From the NCBI GenBank assembly GCA_963783575.1, contig CAWAOD010000005.1, forward strand, positions 480,001-544,000: 64,000 nucleotides of DNA, read 5' to 3'. The DNA comes from an uncultured Spirochaetota bacterium. Lineage in GTDB: Bacteria; Spirochaetota; Brevinematia; Brevinematales; JAOACQ01. The notes beneath the pieces were generated by a model. The model ran no database searches. It saw nothing but the letters and a program-made list of their open reading frames with translations, and had not been told where the DNA came from. Positions 60,564 to 64,000 of this stretch are shown here, piece by piece. A program made the translations under genes and the position numbers. Within the stretch, counting starts at the first letter, position 1, and every line of letters begins with the position of its first letter.

Positions 60564-61001
60564 TTAGTCTTTAATATTTTGAATGAAGCAGGGTTTAACC
60601 TCGCCTTTTAATTCGTAAAATTCACTTGTAACATCAAGATTTTCAGTGATTTTTATTTTTGAGGCACCGGAACAGGAGATTAATTGATGCCAGATGTTTT
60701 CATTCAGGCAAACCGGTTTATCCAATAAAAATACTTCAAAAGAATCTGGATTATTTTTTTCCGCGACTATTAGAAAAGGTATTCCCTGTAAAGGTTCGAA
60801 ACTTTCCCTGGAATCATGATGACATTCCAGTTTTTTTGCTGTTTTCCATGAGAATTCAAGGACAGCAATCCTCCAGCCGGATTGCCCGACTTTAACGGGA
60901 ATATCCCATCCATCAACACTTTCAGGTCTTAAGTCAATAATATCACCGTATTTTTGAAAATTATTTCTGTCGATATTCCGGATTTCCTTAATCAGCATCA
61001 T
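60564..61001 (-). CDS. Ureidoglycolate lyase-like cupin protein
   Basis: NFQKYGDII...LECHHDSRESFEPL...IWHQ; coupled to the GH94 stop codon. Confidence 0.6.
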   Translation of the reverse strand: MMLIKEIRNIDRNNFQKYGDIIDLRPESVDGWDIPVKVGQSGWRIAVLEFSWKTAKKLECHHDSRESFEPLQGIPFLIVAEKNNPDSFEVFLLDKPVCLNENIWHQLISCSGASKIKITENLDVTSEFYELKGEVKPCFIQNIKD

Positions 61002-61002
61002 T

Positions 61003-63753
61003 TTACACTCCCAATTCAATTAAAATTTCATTTAATCCCGTATCCATAATCAATAGTAAAAAATCTTGCCGTGGAATGGTTATTTTTTTCCCATCAGCAG
61101 CTAATTTGCTTATATCAATCCGGTTCAGCGAGGCCTTAATAATCTTATAAAAGCCGTATTCCAGATGGTCTTTATTAGTATAGCTTACTTTTATTTTTTT
61201 ATTACTAAATGTTGAAGTCACGGAAGCCATACAATTTTTATCAAATTGTTCCTTAACCAGTTTTGGTTCAAGAACCAGTGAACCAAAATTCCCTTTAATT
61301 CCGTATATTTCCTGCAGTGCAGTAATCAGTATCCAGCTTGCCGAACCGGTAAGGTAATGATACATTCCTTTTCCGCCGGAGGTAAAATATTCCGGAATTC
61401 CAGGGTAGATTTTCGCATTTGCAGAATCCATACAAAGTTTATATACGGAACTGAACAGTTCATAGGCTTCATTGACAAAATTTCTTTTATAAAGGGCGTT
61501 AATAAACATTATAATCAAATGATTAAAGATCGCTCCATTCTCTTTTTCACCATAAGCAAAAGCGAAAACTCTTCCAAAATTCATGCGATTATCCCCGAGC
61601 GGAGTATTAATGCGTAATCCGTTGGTTTCCGGATCAATTAAATATTTCAGGCAGGCTTTATATAAACAATGAACCTGGTTATCATCCGCAATACCGAACA
61701 TGACCGTAAAAACCTGGCCGGCAAGGTTCATAATGACTGAATTATTATGTATTCCGTCAACTGCCTCTCCGTCATTATTATAATAAGAATTGAAAAAGCC
61801 TGAATTATTTTCTATATTTAACCATTCATTTTTTCTTATATGGTTTTTGAGCCATTCACCCTTTTTTTTAAGGTCTTCTGAAAGTAAATCCAGTTTATAT
61901 CTTTTCTTTTTACCTGATATTCCCTTATCAATTCTATTAAAATAATCAGACAGGATATTTTTTTTATATTGTATATCATTATAGTCAGGATTACAGGATA
62001 TTGAATCAATCAATACAGCCATTTCCTCAAAGATTTCAATCTCATGTAATTTTTTTACATCTTTAAGTTTTGATAAAAGATTGGAAATTCCACAAAGATT
62101 GCCGGCGTAAAATGCTGAAAATGCGGTACTTTCACCTTTTTGATAGGCCATATCTATGGCGTCATTCCAGTCAGCGTCCTCAAGGCGAATTATATTGTGC
62201 TCACCGACATTGAAAAAACTTATTAAATTTTGAACAAGAAGGTGTTCAATGATATTCCCTTTATAGATCTCACCGCTTTTAGTTTTACACATGGTTCCTT
62301 CGGTTTCGTTCCAATGTTTATTTAAAACTGAGGCTCTTTTGAACAATGCGTCGCTAAAATATTGTTTTTCCTGTAAAAGAAAATCCAGATCTCCGGTCTG
62401 GTCTATATATAACCTGGCTGTTAAATATGGCCAGCATCCATGATCCATCCAGACCCTCGGGATATTATTCCTGTCCGCTTTAAACTCCCCGGGATTATGC
62501 CCGATTATTGTTGCGTTGGTGCCGTCAATCCGGATCCCGGAAAAATTTTCCGATAGTTTATCCTTCAATTCTTCAGTATTTTGAAGTACCAGCGATAAAG
62601 AGTCCTGCCAGAGATCGCGCCAGCCTCTTCCTCCTTTTCCGTAATCATGATGAGGGAGGAAGGAACAGCCGTAAATTTTCCTTAAAACCGGCTGAATTCC
62701 AACCCATTTCATCCAGCTGGAAAAATCTGTAATTCCCGATTCAAATTCCATAGAGGCTGATTTTTCCTGCCAATATAATTGATTTTTTTTTAATAAATCT
62801 TCAATTTTATCAATTGAACAATACCGGTTTTGAATTGATGAAATTTTATCATTGTTATCGGTAATTCCCATAAGAATGATATATTTTTTTAATTCACCGG
62901 GAGATAAATCTATTGTTTGAAAACGAATAGCCCCTATAATTTCTTTTCCTTCGGTATTATTTTCCCTGAATAAATCGGGAGATAAATTTCTAATAACAGC
63001 TTCAGGATTTTCGAAATTTCCTCCGCAGCCTATGAAGTCACCAGTTACCGGTATTACTCCGGCCGGAAGACTGCCGTTATCTTCATAACCAAGGACATAA
63101 AATATATTATTGTTAATTTGATGATTGTGTTCATTAAAACGGATTACAGGTTTTAAACCTATCCCGTTTTTGTAATTAATAACCCTGTTTATAAGCGAAG
63201 TGACATGACGGTGGTCTCTCAGATTTTCCGCGGATCTTCCGAAAATGGGTATTGCTGATGTAGGGGTTATAGTTATATTTTGATTACTTTCATTTTTAAT
63301 GGATATTGACATAACTTCAACAGTGTCTGTATTTACAGGAACGAAGTTAATTATTGTCGAAGAAAGTCCGAAATCTTTGTCCCGGTAAAACAGTTTGTGC
63401 CATAATAATCCCGCTTCTATTACTCTTTCTTCAATTGTTTGACTTACAAAAAGTCTTGAATTCTGAAGCGTGGAATTGCCTGTCGCAGACCATGCCCCTT
63501 TATCATTTATATAAATCCAGAAGTTTCTTGCGGAACGTGTGTTATGAATATCTTCAATGGATACAGGGATCAGTAAAAAATCATTCTGGCTGGTTTTGCT
63601 GTCGCCATGGAGCTTTGGAGTTATGGATGCCATAAATCCGGCTTCATTGCATAAAGGGAAATACAATTCATTGATTGCTTCTGGTTCTTTCCATAAAAAG
63701 GTTCCATTATCATCTATAAATTTCCATCCAGTCCTATTTCGCATAGAATTCAT
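61003..63753 (-). CDS. GH94 glycoside phosphorylase (laminaribiose phosphorylase-like)
   Basis: LRDHRHVTSL, HDYGKGGRGWRDLWQD, ADWND, KENGAIFNH and YLTGSASW motifs; 916 aa. Confidence 0.85.
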   Translation of the reverse strand: MNSMRNRTGWKFIDDNGTFLWKEPEAINELYFPLCNEAGFMASITPKLHGDSKTSQNDFLLIPVSIEDIHNTRSARNFWIYINDKGAWSATGNSTLQNSRLFVSQTIEERVIEAGLLWHKLFYRDKDFGLSSTIINFVPVNTDTVEVMSISIKNESNQNITITPTSAIPIFGRSAENLRDHRHVTSLINRVINYKNGIGLKPVIRFNEHNHQINNNIFYVLGYEDNGSLPAGVIPVTGDFIGCGGNFENPEAVIRNLSPDLFRENNTEGKEIIGAIRFQTIDLSPGELKKYIILMGITDNNDKISSIQNRYCSIDKIEDLLKKNQLYWQEKSASMEFESGITDFSSWMKWVGIQPVLRKIYGCSFLPHHDYGKGGRGWRDLWQDSLSLVLQNTEELKDKLSENFSGIRIDGTNATIIGHNPGEFKADRNNIPRVWMDHGCWPYLTARLYIDQTGDLDFLLQEKQYFSDALFKRASVLNKHWNETEGTMCKTKSGEIYKGNIIEHLLVQNLISFFNVGEHNIIRLEDADWNDAIDMAYQKGESTAFSAFYAGNLCGISNLLSKLKDVKKLHEIEIFEEMAVLIDSISCNPDYNDIQYKKNILSDYFNRIDKGISGKKKRYKLDLLSEDLKKKGEWLKNHIRKNEWLNIENNSGFFNSYYNNDGEAVDGIHNNSVIMNLAGQVFTVMFGIADDNQVHCLYKACLKYLIDPETNGLRINTPLGDNRMNFGRVFAFAYGEKENGAIFNHLIIMFINALYKRNFVNEAYELFSSVYKLCMDSANAKIYPGIPEYFTSGGKGMYHYLTGSASWILITALQEIYGIKGNFGSLVLEPKLVKEQFDKNCMASVTSTFSNKKIKVSYTNKDHLEYGFYKIIKASLNRIDISKLAADGKKITIPRQDFLLLIMDTGLNEILIELGV

Positions 63754-63777
63754 ACAATAACCTCAGCAGCAATAAAA

Positions 63778-64000
63778 TCACTCCCTGATAGCTCCCGCAA
63801 GTGTCCCTTCAATAATATAACGCTGCAGGAATATATATAGTATTATCAGGGGCGCCGCAACTATTACCAATGCAGCCATTTGCAGCGTTACCGTATTCCT
63901 GAAAGAACCTGTGAATATGAACAGCCCCTTTGTCATAGGATATAAAGCCTTGCTCGAAAGGAATATGATGGCTTTTATTATATCATTCCAAACATTTATT
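63778..64000 (-). CDS. Carbohydrate ABC transporter permease, C-terminal part (runs off the window)
   Basis: Manual translation INVWNDIIKAIIFL...APLIILYIFLQRYIIEGTLAGAIRE*. Confidence 0.85.
   Translation of the reverse strand, partial: INVWNDIIKAIIFLSSKALYPMTKGLFIFTGSFRNTVTLQMAALVIVAAPLIILYIFLQRYIIEGTLAGAIRE

Noticed and set aside
1..64000. tRNA, rRNA, integron integrase or known defence systems
   Set aside because: No such sequences recognised; apart from the TA pair, the only defence-like domains (Mrr-like, DUF559) look inactive.

Overview
AT-rich bacterial chromosome segment, most likely a spirochaete (inferred from the flgB-flgC-fliE-fliF-fliG-fliH-fliI cluster, a TPR+Mrr-like protein and Thr-Asn-rich exported proteins). 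The first ~4.4 kb is a decayed mobile region. It holds a truncated IS1182 transposase and a leaderless RelE-type toxin/antitoxin pair bounded by complementary attC-like core sites (an apparent integron gene cassette). It also holds two near-identical junctions where an IS1182-like end abuts an attC-like R'' site, a multi-hairpin element, and a TetR/methyltransferase pair with two operators. There are two intact IS elements: an IS1380 (9550-11258, TATAA duplication) and an IS1182 (26218-27908, inserted into a REP-like palindrome). Other content: signalling genes (NHL/HAMP adenylate cyclase, REC-PAS, hybrid kinase, 7TM-DISM-like chemoreceptor, GAF protein), gnd-zwf-pgl, mntH-USP, large exported proteins, two glycoside hydrolase homologues with substituted catalytic residues, an acyl-CoA synthetase, murG and the end of a sugar-utilisation locus (ABC permease, GH94 phosphorylase, GntR/LacI regulator, GH36). 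Five genes are split by apparent single-base deletions in short homopolymers, which points to assembly errors. All calls are from motif reading; no database searches were run.
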